From Spirochaetaceae bacterium (GTDB lineage: Bacteria > Spirochaetota > Spirochaetia > DSM-27196 > SKKC01): DNA of 64,000 bases. Each line of letters begins with the position of its first letter. The first letter of the stretch is position 1. The notes beneath the pieces are model-generated. The model did not search any database, was not told where the DNA came from, and was given only the letters and a program-made list of their open reading frames with translations. The translations under genes and the position numbers were made by a program. Location: positions 42,095-106,094 of the forward strand of contig RECN01000086.1 of the NCBI GenBank assembly GCA_007694005.1, in the 5' to 3' direction. This document shows positions 63,401-64,000 of the stretch, in pieces.

Positions 63401-64000
63401 GTTTTCTCGACCAGTTATTAGGCAAAAAAGACAGAAAGACAAAAACGAACTCCGAAGCTGCAATGCTGAATCTCGAAAAACAGCAGATGATACGGGGTAT
63501 CGTCGATCTGTCCGAGACGACAGTCAAGGAAGTGATGGTTCCGCGCATTGATGTGGTTTTTCTCGAGATCGGGATGACCGGTCCGTCCGTCTTCGACAAA
63601 GTCGTTTCATGCGGGCACTCCCGTTTTCCGGTGTATAAGGACTCCATCGATAATGTCGTTGGTGTTCTGTACGCGAAAGACCTGTTGAGCCTGCTTATCA
63701 CCAAGGCCGAGGTCAAGGTGGAGGCCATCGTTCGAAAAGCATTCTTTGTACCTGAGAGCAAGCGACTTGATTCCCTTCTGCGGGAAATGCGCCGAAGGCG
63801 GATACACATCGCAGTTGCGGTCGACGAGTACGGAGGAGTCAGCGGTATCGTATGTCTCGAGGATATTATCGAAGAGATAGTCGGTGACATTCAGGACGAA
63901 TTCGACAACGAAGAAGAAGCACTGTTCGAGATAGGGCAGGGAGCCTTCCTCGCCGACGCTCGACTCGACATAGAGGAGTTGAACGAACGCCTCGGTCTGA
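63397..64000 (+). CDS. CBS-domain hemolysin/CorC family protein (3' end outside the window)
   Basis: The open frame from TTG 63397 (alternative ATG 63463) to the window end contains VKEVMVPRIDVVFLE and HIAVAVDEYGGVSGIVCLEDIIEEIVGDIQDE. It was absent from the ORF track because no stop lies in the window. Confidence 0.85.
   Translation, partial: MSFLDQLLGKKDRKTKTNSEAAMLNLEKQQMIRGIVDLSETTVKEVMVPRIDVVFLEIGMTGPSVFDKVVSCGHSRFPVYKDSIDNVVGVLYAKDLLSLLITKAEVKVEAIVRKAFFVPESKRLDSLLREMRRRRIHIAVAVDEYGGVSGIVCLEDIIEEIVGDIQDEFDNEEEALFEIGQGAFLADARLDIEELNERLGL

Noticed and set aside
1-64000. Search by eye for CRISPR arrays, IS elements or transposases, integrases, phage genes, toxin-antitoxin pairs and rRNA
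   Set aside because: No spaced direct repeats, terminal inverted repeats flanking an ORF, recombinase motifs or rRNA-like sequence were seen. The tRNA at 29354 has no adjacent integrase or direct-repeat scar. The window looks like core chromosome.

Overview
Gene-dense 64-kb chromosomal segment, moderately GC-rich by eye, with about 60 CDS and 1 tRNA. I found no rRNA, CRISPR array, transposase, integrase or phage genes. The gene content points to a free-living member of Spirochaetota. The main indicators are a cheA-cheW(CheR-like)-cheX-cheY operon, a V-type ATPase operon (E, DUF2764, A, B, D, I, K), an rny-ymdB-tlyA block and an LptD-like giant outer-membrane protein. Most genes are core housekeeping: dus, pncB, tdh-kbl, ptsI, der, ilvBN-leuCD-ilvD, yggS, rluD, murI, mutS2, uvrA and phoH-ybeY-corC. 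The least explained parts are as follows. (1) A tightly packed plus-strand operon at 15.6-22.4 kb encodes a 970-aa YbgF/BamD-type TPR protein, a 552-aa putative beta-barrel, ExbB, ExbD and a TonB/TolA-like protein. It lacks a TonB-dependent receptor, TolB or Pal, and it faces two further beta-barrel-like genes. (2) A translationally coupled pair encodes a pentapeptide-repeat protein and an MBL-fold protein in which almost all canonical metal ligands are replaced. (3) An AT-rich, highly structured 0.57-kb divergent region lies between the ilv-leu operon and a phytoene/squalene-synthase plus prenyl-synthase pair. (4) A strong terminator hairpin sits 28 nt upstream of the dus start codon. (5) A MerR-type HTH is fused to a large uncharacterised domain. 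All functional calls rest on recognisable sequence motifs in the supplied translations. No database search was possible, so family assignments are from memory of conserved motifs, and start codons were refined by eye from RBS and overlap context.
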